In this document: positions 25,001-38,319 of the stretch, piece after piece
Position numbering within the stretch: position 1 is the stretch's first letter
Layout: the number at the start of each line of letters is the position of its first letter
NCBI GenBank assembly: GCA_001687465.1
Contig: LVLI01000023.1
Location: 62,001-116,833 of the forward strand
Origin: Halocafeteria seosinensis
Taxonomy: Eukaryota
Reading direction: 5' to 3'
DNA length: 54,833 bases
Notes under the pieces: model-generated
The model's database searches: none
What the model was told of the DNA's origin: nothing
Seen by the model: only the letters and a program-made list of their open reading frames with translations
Made by a program: the position numbers and the translations under genes

Positions 25001-27704
25001 ACCTCTTTCTGCTGCAATTCCTCAGAGCTCATACCGAGTACCCGAGATAAGGTGAGCGAATCAGCATGTAAGATTCGATAACTGTTGTCCTGGCTGTCGA
25101 ACAGAAGAAAATGTTCCTCGGTTTTTGGGGACCGAATGAATGCTGATAGACGAGGGGCGGCGTCTGCGTCGTTAGCATCTGGAGGGATCTCTTTAAAATT
25201 GAGAATCAAAGGAATTAGTGCTCCAGAACTGTCAATCCCGAGCAAAGAGCGGTTTGTGTTGATTATTTTACTGACTCCTGTCCTGGCAAATCTTCGAAGA
25301 TACGTGTCGTGAACCAAAGAAAACGGCTTAGGTATGATAATATTCACATTGTTCCCTACTAATTCACTCGTGGGCTTTCTGCCATAATAGAGGAAAGGAG
25401 AAGAATGTCAGAGACACCTGTACTCTTCATACAATGTAAACACAATGCTAGAAACACACATACCCGAAAATCCGGCAAGCTTCAGTATTGACTTCGAGGA
25501 TTTGTCCCATTCTCATTCTATCCCCAGATATAATGATTACACCGGAGCTTTCATCTGATCGCTCTGATCCAGTCAGCTTTTGATCGAAGGAAAATCGGCT
25601 GATTTGCCGCCTTTTCTGTTTGCCGACTTGATCCTCAACTCGGTCCGCTTTATGCAAGTGCTCCTCCGCTCTCTCGGCTTCAGCTTTGACTCGCGACAGG
25701 AATACTCCGTAGGAACGCAGCGCCAAAGTACTTTCGCCATTCAGCTTAAGACACTCGTTGTAATGCATTTCAGCTTCATCGGCTGCCCTTGTCAGCTCGT
25801 CCCCGAGGGACTGTACGTGCGCTATGTCTGGCTTCCGAGAGTATAAACTCATCCAAATTTGATAAATTACACGATAGCATTTGGTTTCTTCATCACATGC
25901 CTTATTCCAATGCTGATCAAAAATAACTCTATCCACTGCTCCCATAGCTTCCCCATCAGCGCTTTTGTCGTCTTCTCGAAGCTGCCGCAAACGCTGATAC
26001 ACCACGAATTGCACGTCCACTGCCTGGGCATTTCGCTTTGCGAGATTGAGTGTCATCATTTCCATGAAAAGGTTATCGCGATAGTTTCGGAAAAATGAAG
26101 CCGCTTCCAACAGAGCAGTGCCATTCGAAGAGAATTTATCCATGCATGTTCTATATGCGAGCTCCACTTGCTCCTTAAGGGTGTCGAGGCGCTTGTCTGT
26201 TTCTGTGTCCTGATTTAAGAGTGCGGGGTCTCCAAGCTCCGTCCCGTTGTCTTGAAGAGCGGCGTCGTAACTAAACTCCGAACGAAGTCTCTCGGATTTC
26301 GCTGCGTCGTAGACTTCCGCATGCTTCCGTGCCCTGCATTGGATGGATGAAGTAGTATCCAGCGGAGAACGAAACCGAAACGACTTCATCCTTACCATAT
26401 GCTGATCTCGTGATAGTTGCGAAGGTCATCCAACGACCTACATGCAATCATCCTCTGGCGCAAAACACAGGCCATATACCCAACCATGCCGGCCAAAGGA
26501 AGACCAACAACCAAGAACACGCTATATCCATAGCTCGGTTGTACGACAACAACAAACGACGCTGCATGACAGAAACATTCGTGATCCGATGCGGATTGAT
26601 TAATCGTATAAATTACATACTTATAGTTGCAAACAGGTAAGCAGCCGCAAATCCGCACTTCACGGAGTTAATTTCGAAACGCACGTGGGGCATGTACACC
26701 AGGAAATTGCCTAAGTAGGCAACAGCACTTGCGAACAGGACAATTTGTGCGACCCACTTATCAATAGAGCGCGAAAGTAGTGAAAACAGCAACACCAGAG
26801 CAAACTTAGTACAAAGTATAACAACATCACCTCTCCCTGCGTACCGTTGTTAACCCGAAATACTGTCGAACCAATGATGATACCCAAAGAACTTACCGTG
26901 AACTTGCGAGCTGTACTCCGTTGATCGAATATTGCGTTCGAAAACGACAGCGACTGTAAATAGGCATAATGCAACGAAGGACGGTAGCAAAATTGCAGCA
27001 ATCAGAGACACAGCAATATGGCCGCCACTATAGCACTTGATGGACCCTTCTACGATCCACGTTTGGTTTTCGAGACAGTGGAACGTTTGAAAAAGTATCG
27101 ACAGCAAGGGAATGAATAAAAAAGTCGAAGAAGCATGAGCAACTGTGCGAAGGTAAGCCACGGTTGATTTCTGCTCGCTAGAGTTTGCACTGCAATACGT
27201 ACGGAAAATCCCATCGAAAGTGATCCGTCACACAGGCAGTTCGAAGAGAATAGTTAAACCTACCTTGACTGGTAGCCCGCAAAAATGCTAAGTGCTATAA
27301 AGGCAACGACCCATACGAGCGTAGTAACATAGATCACTAACCAAGCACTCGACGGGATGATAAAAACGGAGTCCCCGCTGAGTCCCGGCCACGACAAAAA
27401 GTTGTCCATGAATGCTTGAAGCGAACTCGTGTCTTCCGCTACAATCAAGATGAGTTGTAACGGGAACGCAAGCATTTGCACAAACTCAACGAATATGGTG
27501 AAAATGAAGGACCAAGAGCCGATAGCTGTTTCCTTGGCGCAGAGGTAAACGGTCTCATAGATAGCATCTGCACTTTAAGGACAACGCGTGAATATGTGAG
27601 GAGCTCATTGCACGGAGGTAGTACACAGAAAATATGCGTGTATACGCACCTCGAACAGTAGCAAACATTCGCTCCATCGCGGAGCTGTTGTTTGGGGCAG
27701 CCAT
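22063..27704 (-). CDS. TmcB-like multi-pass membrane protein with TPR-like region and FixL-type PAS domain (paralog A)
   Basis: ATG 27704 (MAAPNNSS); N-terminal TM exons (VEFVQMLAFP, LFIPLLSILFQTFHC); helical region (LALRSYGVFLSRV); PAS IISGDRMRMGQILEVNTEACRIFGY|...NIIIPKPFSLVHDTYLRRF; C-terminal TM segments. Confidence 0.8.
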
Positions 27705-28255
27705 TCTTTATACAAGACCGTTCGGTCTCGGAATAGATACTTTCGGTTGAACTAGGCGCAAAAAACCCACAAAAGAAGTAACAGCGGCAAGCATCAATAA
27801 CCGAAAAGGCCTTTCCTGATACAGATGGCAACGTGAAAGCGTATTCAGTAATGACAATCTCGCAACGATGCCAGTGGTTATCTCGACGACCACAGCTTGC
27901 AGCTCGGTAGCATAGCCGGTGCGACATTCAACGCTCGGCTCGGTAGGAACGTAACAGCTCCGCAAGCACTCTTCGTTGTATATCGTATTATTCTTTTCCT
28001 GCTTTCCCAAAAGACAATCATAAGTATGTGTAAGATTAACGTGCATGGATATGCTGTTTTCTCAGGCGGGTTTGGGTACAGCGTGGAAACAATCTGCTGA
28101 ATCTGTCAGCCCAGGTGTAGGAGGACGTTTTTCCGGAGGCCGACACATGTTCTGCGAGCTACCGCAGAAGCCACCATTTCGTGTGCGTGGCTTCACAGTA
28201 CATGAATATACAACATATTTGTATTACTTTATTCGCGCTTTACTGTAATACCCCG

Positions 28256-28430
28256 TGCAGTAGTATTCGCCTAACTGAGCTCGAGTCGTTCGCTCGAGGC
28301 TCCGTCGAACGACTCGAGCTTCCAGCCCCAGCAAGCTGCTGTTGCATCTTCTCCCACTACCCCGCAGCACTGGAGTCGAGATCACGGTGGGAGAGCTGCC
28401 AGCGAGACCGATAAATGCTCTACTACTGCA
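28256..28430. repeat. Nested inverted repeats (15-bp perfect hairpin inside a 10-bp IR)
   Basis: AGCTCGAGTCGTTCG 28278-28292 / CGAACGACTCGAGCT 28306-28320; TCTCCCAC 28350-28357 / GTGGGAGA 28387-28394; TGCAGTAGTA 28256-28265 / TACTACTGCA 28421-28430. Confidence 0.8.
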
Positions 28431-29037
28431 AAATTATCGGACATAGAGAAGAATATATTATCTGAAGGAGTACTTCACCCATCGTAAGTGCAGCTGAGTC
28501 GGTAAGCTCCGTGCTCTCGGCAGTCGTAACGTGCGACAGCGCATTCACCTGATTTTTGTACCCCGAAGCAACCATGTGCACAGGAAGGTGATGTTCGAAT
28601 GAAAATTTTTGGCTTGATACCTATTTTGGTTTACAAAGCTGAAGAGCTTCCGGAGCTATTACTTGTTTGTTCCAAAAAAAAACAAGGAAACAGACAAGGA
28701 AAGCAAGCACTCTTTCTTGCTCTCAGCGGTGTAGGGTTAACTGTACGAACACAACTCCGCCGGGTGCCTCGCACAACCAGTTTGCTGGCTGTCCTTCCTT
28801 TGTCTAGACTCACATGTGTTCGAATAAATTTGGTGAGATAGTTTCAGCTTCTCAATTGTACACCTATTTCTTCAGCACGTCTTCGAATTGGAAGTACGCA
28901 TCACCATCGGGTGATTCACTGATCGGAAACGTTAGTGACTGGCTTGCCATTGACGCGCACGCGCCCCAAGATACGTTGAAGCGTCAGACACAATCGTAAA
29001 ATTTACCAAGTAGTAACCGTTATCACTTAGTGAAGAC

Positions 29038-32000
29038 ATGGCACGGACACAGAAGTCAGAGATCCAAAGACTCACAGGTTCGTGTGTGTGGGACAGTCAG
29101 TTCGGCTGCACGTGAACTGCAGGTTGCTTATGGAGTGACCGGTCTGTTTGCACTTTGCAATCTTTGCTGCAGACTTCATCTACGAGACGCTCTTCTTACT
29201 CAATGAAGATACCCGTATGAAGCCTTGGTGGTTCATTACGGCAAGTATTGTCGAGTTCTTGCAACTCTTGGCCTTCCCTTTGGAGTTGGTCAGCAGGAAC
29301 TCGCAGGTTACTGGTTCATTAGCCCTCGTTTACAATGTCTGCTCTTCGCTAAGCTTAACGCATCAAACTATCAAACGGATGAATGAGGGGCTTTGGCTCG
29401 TCATCTACGTGACAGCACTGCTGTGGATGGCCTGCATCGTTGGGATCCTTTGTGCTATGGCAGTACAATGGAAGTGCGTATACCCTTACCTGTTAAGGCT
29501 TGATAAATAAGTCATGATGAGTGCTTAATGCTCTTGCAGCTCGAGAGGCAACCCAACAAACAAGTTGGTTAAGGCACTACGCATAGTGGCAGCTCTATCC
29601 GACACAGTCCTGTTCGTGCCCGTTTTGTCCACCTCTTTGGCCACATTCAGTTGCTCTGATGGATACTGGACCATGCTCTCTCAAGAGTGCTTCACTGGCC
29701 TGCATACTGCTCTCGTTGCACTCGCTGCAATGTTAATACCAGTGTTCATCGGCTTCGCACTATGCTTAAGTGCGGTATTCTTCGACAGGGATATGATGTC
29801 TAGCTCCGTTTCCGCAAGGCTGAACGGTAAGTCCCAATGATGGATTTTCTGGGATTCGAAGATGCATAAGCGACCTCATGAAATATCGAAGTTTATACAG
29901 GAAGGGGATCGATAGCAATCTTAATCAGTAAAATGCTCCTGGTGGTGCTGTTCGGCCCGCTAGCTACGTTCATCAATCTGTGGGTTGCTCAGCTCGCTCT
30001 CTTTGCCAGTGCTATTTCATTGTTGAGCATTTACCTGCTTCAAATGCCCTACTTTAAATTTCGCTGCAATGAATTTCTGGCGGCACTGGCAGGAGGATAC
30101 AGCATGGGTACCATCGGTAAGTATCGGTTTCCGCGCACGTCCGAATTTGGAGCGACCTATAATTTTATGAGCTCGCAGTTTCCCTTTCCACCATGCTCCA
30201 TAACACTAGTGACCATGCGTTCTTTTTCCTGGGAGGAATTCCCCTTGCTTGTGCATGCGGTTTCCTTGCCTCGAGACTTATACTAGATTCAACAGGTCAG
30301 AAGGACATACACCGTCTCCGTAACTCTTTTGAAATGAGCATCTGGGCAAGAAAGCGGGTGGTTCTTTACTGCCAGTTGAAAAGGAAGTATGGTAAGATTG
30401 GCCAATTTACAAATTCAACTGGGGAGGATCGTTCGCACGACAAAGATAACAAGATGCATTCTAGAAGCGGTAACAATGTCCAGCAGACCCTTTCAATTCC
30501 TTCAACGGAGCCGGGGATCCTTGAATTAGGAACCAAGGGTGTAAGCGCCTTTACACTAGATAATCTTAGAAAAGAGGCCGAACATGCATATCAGTTGATG
30601 ATGGAACAGTATCCATCAGATGGACAAGTGCTACTGGAAGCTTCTAGCTTTTTTGGCTACTTCTGTTCAAACATGTTCATTGAAATGCGAACGTTGAGTG
30701 CCGCTCAGAACACTTGCAAAGCGCCCGACATACGCTTTATTGTATACCAGAGGCTGCGTAAAATGCGGGAGCATTCCCATGGAAATGAAACCGGTGAACA
30801 AGGAATTGGTACTGTCGAGCGAATGTTGTTCGACCAGAAGTGGCAGAGTGCCACCAACAAAGAGACAAATATATATGAGACAATATATAAAGTATGGAAC
30901 CTTTTGACATATCCCGCGCCTCCTTTGGATCGCCTTCAATCATATTCCGAAGAGTTAATGGTCTTGATAAAGAAAGTGGACTCCCTCTATCAGCAATGCC
31001 TTCAGCTGAATCCTCAAAGCTCTGCGGCTCTTAGAGCCTATGGGACTTTCATCAGTAATGTCTACGGACCAGAAGACGGCAAAGCTGATGAGCATGTTAA
31101 GAAAGCTGAGCATCTCGAGGCCTCACTAAGTAGAAGAAACCGACGCTTGGAAAAATTTTACTTCAAGGAGAAATTGGATGGTACGTAAACAACTCGTAAC
31201 GCAATTCCTATTGCCTCAGCACCTGGCTTTCGCCTCAGAATTGGATACACACCAAGAGAATAATGCTATAGTGCTCGTGTCTGGAGATCCCAACAATATA
31301 GGGGAGATCTTGGAAGTGAGCGCGGCTGCCTCCCGATTGCTTAAGTAGGTTCACTTGCTTATTCTACCAGTAGGTTGTAAGAGACCTGGTCGGCTTCCTT
31401 GCGCAGCGTTTCTGCTTCAGAACTAATTGGGAATGATATAAGCATGCTTGTGCCAAGGCCGTTCTCTTACTATCATGACTCATACATGCGAAGCTTCGCC
31501 AGAACGGGACAGGGAGTCTTTATCGGGAACACACGTTCCGTTCTTGGGCTAGATGGCTCTGGATACCTAGTTCCGCTTGTGATCAACATCAGAGAAGTTC
31601 CTCCGCAACCAGACGACCCAAAAGCCTGTCCGCAGCTGTCGGCGGTACTCAATAAACCTGTATGTGAAGACGGCTTCATTTTATTCGAGAGCGAGAACCT
31701 CCATCACAAGCTTCTACATTTTGATGCCGCATCGGCTTCTCGACTACTAGGTCTTTCTCCAGAGCAACTAGACGAGAGTGATTATTACGTCGGCGATATC
31801 ATTCCGGAGTTACGAGTGCACGAAGACGATGACAACACCAGTTCCCCTACCGAGGCAACTGACAGTAACTACCAGAAAACGAATACAGCCAACAAAGCGC
31901 AAGACTTTATGCAGTATGCTCAAGCTTCAGAAGAACACGTCACAATTACAACCCGAAATCCTGCAGACAAGCGCCTGAAGAAAATCCTCGGAAGGATTCA

Positions 32001-34344
32001 GAAAATTGTGGTTCCACGACATGGAGATGTGTACTTGCTAACATGGAAGGCTTCCGATAGAAAAGAGGGCAAGCGAACTAGTAAGAAACATGCTGGAACC
32101 TCGACAATTGCCGCAGCGCCTACGGGGTGTCCATTCAGCAGCACTGCTTCGGCTCGTGAAACAACGCATCAGTCCAGCCAGCAAAGCCATAACACAGCGA
32201 CGGAGTGCCCCGATAATCGGACAGCTGCATCCCATGCCACAGATGGAGGATCGTTAGGCGGCTGGAATGCGCAGCATGCTCCAGAGGGGCAGGAAGAGAT
32301 TCAGTGTGAGGATCGCCACTCTCAAAATCAACACTCTGAACGTCGAGGTCTGAGAGCAGATAGTCATGCAAACAGCAGTACTAATTCTTCCGGTTCCGTG
32401 AGACGGCTTCTACATTATGTAATAGCCAATGAGATAACAGGAGTTAAAGCTGTCACCAACAAAGTGCGGTTAACAATTGCTATCAGCGTGATTGTGTTCG
32501 TGCTCTACGCCGTCTTAGGATGGATTGGTATTCAGAGTACAAGCCGTGAAGCGATACAGGCTGTAAAAAGCATCAGGGCGAGCAACGTCGAGGTCACGTC
32601 CTATTCAGCTACTCTGTCAGCGTTGTTTTATGCGCATATCCCTAACTCACAATTCCCAAGTGTAGTTAAGACTAAGGGAGCAATGTGGTCGGCTCTGAAA
32701 CAGCGGATCAAAGATTTTTTGTCCCACAGTGAACAAGCACGTTCTTACGTTCAGACGATTGGTGGAAGTGCGCAACAATGGGAATTGGAGGAGCAGCACA
32801 AAGTGTTCAACAGATTCACGAAAACTACCGAAAAACTTTCCGTTCACGAAATGCGAGACTTTATCGCAGCGCATCTAAGGCAGTTAGAGTCACAGTCCAA
32901 CGCTTCGAGTTTTATTCCAGGTGAAGAGCCCCACCACGTAAAGCTTCTATTTGACAATAGCCAGGCCACGTTGTCTGCGTTTAATGAGTCCCGTATCCAG
33001 AGGCTTAGCCAGTTACACACGCTCGCGGAAGATTATCTCCAGTTCCTTGAAACGACTATCTTTGCGGTATCCGGCGTAACGATTGCGGTCTTTTGCTCGC
33101 TTCTTTGCTACTGGGCCATTCAACTGCACAATAAAAACCAAGAGTTATTGAAAATATTCCTCCTAATTCCCTTGTCGACAGTAAAATCCTTACGTTCCAA
33201 AGCAAGCAGATCCCTCGAGCGACATCTTGAAAGGACGGGCAATACGGACTTGATTGACGACACGGAGGAGGATGTACCACATGAGGATCACGAAGGAAGA
33301 GAAAACACGCCAGTTAGCGTTGACGAACAGGAAAACAAGCATATCCCTGGAGCTACAAAGAGGCGGTCACATTCGAAGAACCAAGAAATGAGAATCTTCA
33401 AATCCTCCAAAAAATTCTTGATAACTTCTGCATTGAAGCTAGTCAGTCCGCTGAGTCTCTTTATCATATGGGGGAGTTCGGTTTACGGGAATATGCGGGA
33501 TACCTTCAACACTCTGGAGCAGGAAGCAAAACGGGTAAACTTAATGGAACTATCAATAAGTGGCTGGTTGCAATTTCAGCAGCAGATTGGACTTTTGACG
33601 CTGCGCGCTCCGTATCCTGATCTAGACCTGGGAGCTGCCCCTTTCCAACAGCTTGTTTCTTACAGACGACAGGCTTTATTGTTCAGGGATATTTCTTTGG
33701 AGCGGACTGTAGAACTCCTCGAAGGGGAAGAAAATCAGCTGCCTAAACTGCCAAGAAGCAGGCATTCACACGAATTGTGGACTGAATACGGATGCACTGT
33801 TCACACCGGCCCAATGGAGTCGCTGTGCAAGGAAACCCCATTGGCCCACGGACTCCGGGCGTACATTAGGGATTTTCTCAATCGAGGACTGGCAGTCATG
33901 TCTAAGCTTCCTCCGTTGTCAATGGATGGCAACGATGCCATGGAACGCCTACAGGCCGATTCCGATTTACAGCGGGAGTTTAGGTCATTCAACAATGCCC
34001 TGTTTCCTTTGGCTTCTAAGGCAGGCAGAGCGTTTTCGAATTTAAGTGTCCAAGCTTCGCGAGATAGCGTAGCTAGAGCCCTACAGGAGCTGGAAGTGAT
34101 TACCGTCATTTACGTCCTTGCGTTTACAGTGGCCGGGTTGATTTTGACAGTTCCTTCAGCTGACCGACTCGGTCATTCCCTGAATTCAGCATTCTACCTA
34201 CTTGCTCTCATTCCAGAGGAGTTACTCGCGGACCAACCCAATCTAAAGTCTCAAGTGCGCTATGTTACTGAACGACTGGCATCTCAAGAGAATTCCAAAG
34301 ACTCGACACTGCTCCTTGCCTCAAGAGCTAAAAATGATCCTTGA
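29038..34344 (+). CDS. TmcB-like multi-pass membrane protein with FixL-type PAS domain (paralog B)
   Basis: ATG 29038; collinear with paralog A (VEFLQLLAFP, LFVPVLSTSLATFSC, LLEASSFF, FIVYQRLR, ALRAYGTFI); PAS DISMLVPRPFSYYHDSYMRSFARTG; several intron positions shared with paralog A. Confidence 0.8.
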
Positions 34345-34353
34345 AAAAATGCA

Positions 34354-35485
34354 TCAAATACTCTCGCGAATTCGTCGATTGTACTCTCTCACTTGCTTAT
34401 TATAGCTGTCAGAAATTTTGCGGTACTCTTTGTTCAGAGTATTGAATCTGTCGACTAAGCCGTTCACCTCCTCGACGAGAGAGTTGTATTCCTGGGTGCT
34501 CTTACCGCCTGTTGAAAGTTGGCGTTTCTTGCGGTCCATGTCTTCTTTCACCTGGTTCATAACACCTTTGAGTTCCTGTAGCTTTGTTTTATCCTTCTCG
34601 TTGGGGAGAGGAACAGCGGGCTGTGGAGTTCCAAAATGCTGCACTAGCATCCAGCTGAGTCTGCCCTTATAGGTTCCTTGTGTTACTCCAATCCCCACTT
34701 CTGTAAATTTGCCATGAAGCATATTATCCCGGTGGTGGGGACTGTTCATCCACGAAGCGATGCATCCTGTATTGCAAACACGAAACGGCTAAGTATCAGA
34801 TGCTAGTTCACACCGTAGAGCGAGGCTTACCGTTCTCGCTCGTGTTAGTTGACACGAGTATGTTCTCAGCAATCTTAACGTATTGGTATGCCGATTCATT
34901 CACGAAATCATGGGGTTTCTTGCCAAACGGGTTCTCGTGAGCGAAATAGCTATGTCTGGACATGTCTTCGGCTTTGGCTTGAGCTGAAGAGTTTAGCAGT
35001 TCATTCTGCCGTACTGGATTCAGGTCGTATCTACGACGAACTTTGTTCAGCTCTCGGACGATTTCTTCAGTACTTATGGCGTCGATAGATGATTCAGACG
35101 CTTTGTACTCTTTCCCGGAGAACTCGCTTTTTTTGAATCCATCCGGTAAAGGCATTTCGTCCGCCGGAGACTTAAACTCTGCTGCCGAGCTGGTGTTGTC
35201 GGGGGATGTCTTCTTCGACGGTTGGCTCGCTACATAGCCCTTCGTTGGGTCTTTCGAGCTCAACTTAGCTGTAGATTTCGTCACTGCCGCCCGTTTTCCG
35301 TTACCTACTGCTCCAGCAGGGACCGCTTTCCTACCAGAGTAGGCCGCTCTGGAAGCGCTAGTGCTGCCGGATTGATTTGATCCATCCTTGGACTCACCTG
35401 GATTTCGTAGTATCTCTGTGGCTTTGCCATGAACGCAGCGAGCTTCTTTGAACGATTTATCTGTCCTCGTCGATGAGCTTGCCAT
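34354..35485 (-). CDS. CAP/SCP-domain protein of bacterial (YkwD-like) type with C-terminal coiled coil
   Basis: ELNKVRRRYDL...LNSSAQAKAEDMSRHSYFAH...AENI, intron 34767-34830, then ASWMNSPHHRDNML..KFTEVGIGV...VQHFG. Confidence 0.9.
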
Positions 35486-35976
35486 TGTATCCACCCAAGC
35501 TAACGCCACTTATCTCGTTGAAGTTGCTGGGGTCCTCCGTGAATCGGCGTGTATACGAGTACTAGCCAGTCACAAACTCAGCGACTCCTTAGACAACTAT
35601 CTCTATACATTAAGATGAGGGTGGATCGATATCAAATACAAGGGACTACACTTTCTAAATTGCGTAGTCTGCGATCTGGTGGCTGTGTGAAGTAGACTGT
35701 GAAGTTCGACTGACAGGCATGAATCATGATTTAACTATATAAACTATGCAAGTTTCATAAGCGGTATACTACCGGAAATACTGGAGTTATTCTCCAGGTC
35801 TTGGAAGCAAACGTCAGACTATGCACGCGCTGCACTACAGAATGTCTTCAGGGAATCAGCAACAAGAACGAGTCTGACTGCTGTAGAATCACAGGGGGTA
35901 CACTAGTTGACTGCGAAATTCTTTGAGAACCTGGTGTATTGTGAGAATATATCCATCTCACTGAACGGTGAAAAAT

Positions 35977-37360
35977 TCATCGAGCATGGTCATTTTTCCC
36001 GGGAGAGGTGTGGAAGTGCAATCGTTTCGCAGCTTCGGAGGTACCAATCTTTGCTTGGGAATACGGAGATTCGTATTTCTTCTGAAAACCCTTGATATTC
36101 CGTTTCACCCTGTGTTCATTTTCTCCCGAGGAGCCAGAGGTACCAGATATATTGGTACTAGAAGGCTGTAGATCCAAATACGATCGTAACGATTACAAAT
36201 CGTTTGGCTAGTTGTTGGTTAACTTACATCTGACTTTAGTCGACGTTCATCATCGATATGTCGAGTCTTTGACGATAATACCCTTTGAGATCCACCAACT
36301 GCATGAACACTCACTTCGGTTGATCAGACATACATCCAGCGTCAACACGCGGGGATAACATACTTGTTTTTTTCTTTGAGGCCTTAGTTTTCGTGTTCCC
36401 CGATCTGCCAAGTATCGACGGGGTATCACTAGTTTTGAGGGTGTCCAAAACCCTATTCCAATTAATTCCTCGACTACTGACTAAGTCGGAATAGATCAAG
36501 TCAAGCATCACGTTCTCCAAAGTACTTACCCTAGAAGAACTGGTGTGCGTGGTATCCTCCTGCTGTAGCGCAGCTGTGGAACTCCAATCAACGTACGCAA
36601 GTCGTCTTTCATCCTCTCCTTCGAGGACCCGACCACCATAGTCGTTACTGAGCCCACTAGCAACAAGCAACGCCAACTCTTCTAGACTGCCACTTTCCTC
36701 GATACCCTCGCTAACTAGCGCCAAGTCGTTTTCATATATACGGCTTACAGTTTTGGGATCTTTCCATGCACCCTTCGTCGGATTCGACGAAAGAATCATT
36801 GTACGATGCACTGATTTCGTTAGCTCCTGTTGTGCTCGCGTGTAGTCACTCAATTCCGATAAAGCTGCTGCTAAAACAGAGGATTCTTCCTGACTAACTT
36901 GCCCCTCCACAACATTTCGGTCTTCTTTACTTCCTATATCCTCTCCCTGTTGAGCACTGTTGTCAAGGTCCGGGTCCTGGTTTGGTTGCGCAGGAGCCTC
37001 AGTGTGCCGATGCTGTGTCTGCCTTTCAGCCGCGGAAGCGTCGCTTGTACGCGACGATGACAGGTGTTCGGTAGTATAAGACGTGCCAGTTTGTGTTTTT
37101 CCGTGATCCTGTCTGGTATTCCGAACGGGAGATTGGCTGTGACGTTCCCTGGAGATGCATTTAGATGCATGAGAGGAGGAGGCCGGAGAGTTTGAACTCT
37201 GCGGAGGTGGCGGCGGTGGAGGTAGAGAATCGTTCGAATCACGGACAATCTCGACCGCTGATTTTCTCGTGCGCACGGTCCTCGAAAGGCGCTTCCCGGT
37301 TCCTTGGATACCCTGGTCTTCATCTGGTTGTGCACTGCGGTTGGTCGAGGAGCGAGGCAT
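35977..37360 (-). CDS. Hypothetical low-complexity protein, probably spliced at the 3' end
   Basis: 379-aa ORF 36311-37450 (likely start MPRSSTNR near 37360) with S/P/Q-rich content; a GTAAGT donor near 36227 suggests further exons. No family recognised. Confidence 0.45.
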
Positions 37361-37569
37361 TTTTAGATGGCTGCCTTGTATTTGAATTGTTGCACAATAG
37401 TAGCTTGGGTTTGTATGTGTTGTACATAAGTACCTATGAAAGCATTGCACTCCCGTTCTGCTTATGCATTGTATACACTCATAGTGAAATAAGTGGGTGG
37501 GTTTATCCTATCAATCAACCAATTCGACACGGTTGATTACGTCTAGACTACACCGGCGCGTGGTAGACG

Positions 37570-38319
37570 ATGCAACAGACGCCAGGAAAAACAAGATGGT
37601 CCTCATTCCAATTCAGAGAATTTCTGCTTCCCTCTGCGACGGTAGAGAGACGGCGAACATGGTGGTGGGCGGTCATGAATACTCCCTCCTTCGACGTGGT
37701 CAGCACGATCGTAATCGCAGCTGGATTCTTGGGATACCTACATGACCTACTCTATTTACATGTATTTGATCAAAGCTGGGGAATGACGGATCTACTGGCC
37801 AGCCCAACATTCCTGATACTAGGATTTATGTTGCTCCTTCGGTGTTTGTATATACTTTTTGGAGAGATTGGAGTGACAGTCTTTTCAGCGCTGCACATCC
37901 CACTGGCACAAACGCTGGTATGGAATCCGAATATGGATCATGACGGCATCTTGGGAAGACAGTTGTCTATTATGTGCCTGAATTTGTTCATGGGAAGTTT
38001 TGTATTCCTGTACGCGGATAGAGCCTATCTTCCAGTCCTACTCAGGGAGCGAGTAGGGCGGAGTTCTTCCCGCCGCTACGAGCTTCTCCGGAGAGCTGCG
38101 CTACTCGCACTCAGTATACATTTTATAATTGTAATTGCGGCGATATTCCGGTGCCATGCGCGAAAGCGCCTACCAAGATCATTGGCTGGATGCGATGGGA
38201 TTGATACCGGATGGACGAGTGTTCACCTGTTGTTCTCAGGTTTCTTCCCGTTCACTCTGTCTATGCTTCTCTTTAATGGACAAGTTGGCCAAGATTGGGA
38301 GAACAAGAAATTTGACTAA
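37570..38319 (+). CDS. Hypothetical multi-pass membrane protein
   Basis: 249-aa intronless ATG ORF with about 6 hydrophobic segments; no family recognised. Confidence 0.6.
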   Translation: MQQTPGKTRWSSFQFREFLLPSATVERRRTWWWAVMNTPSFDVVSTIVIAAGFLGYLHDLLYLHVFDQSWGMTDLLASPTFLILGFMLLLRCLYILFGEIGVTVFSALHIPLAQTLVWNPNMDHDGILGRQLSIMCLNLFMGSFVFLYADRAYLPVLLRERVGRSSSRRYELLRRAALLALSIHFIIVIAAIFRCHARKRLPRSLAGCDGIDTGWTSVHLLFSGFFPFTLSMLLFNGQVGQDWENKKFD

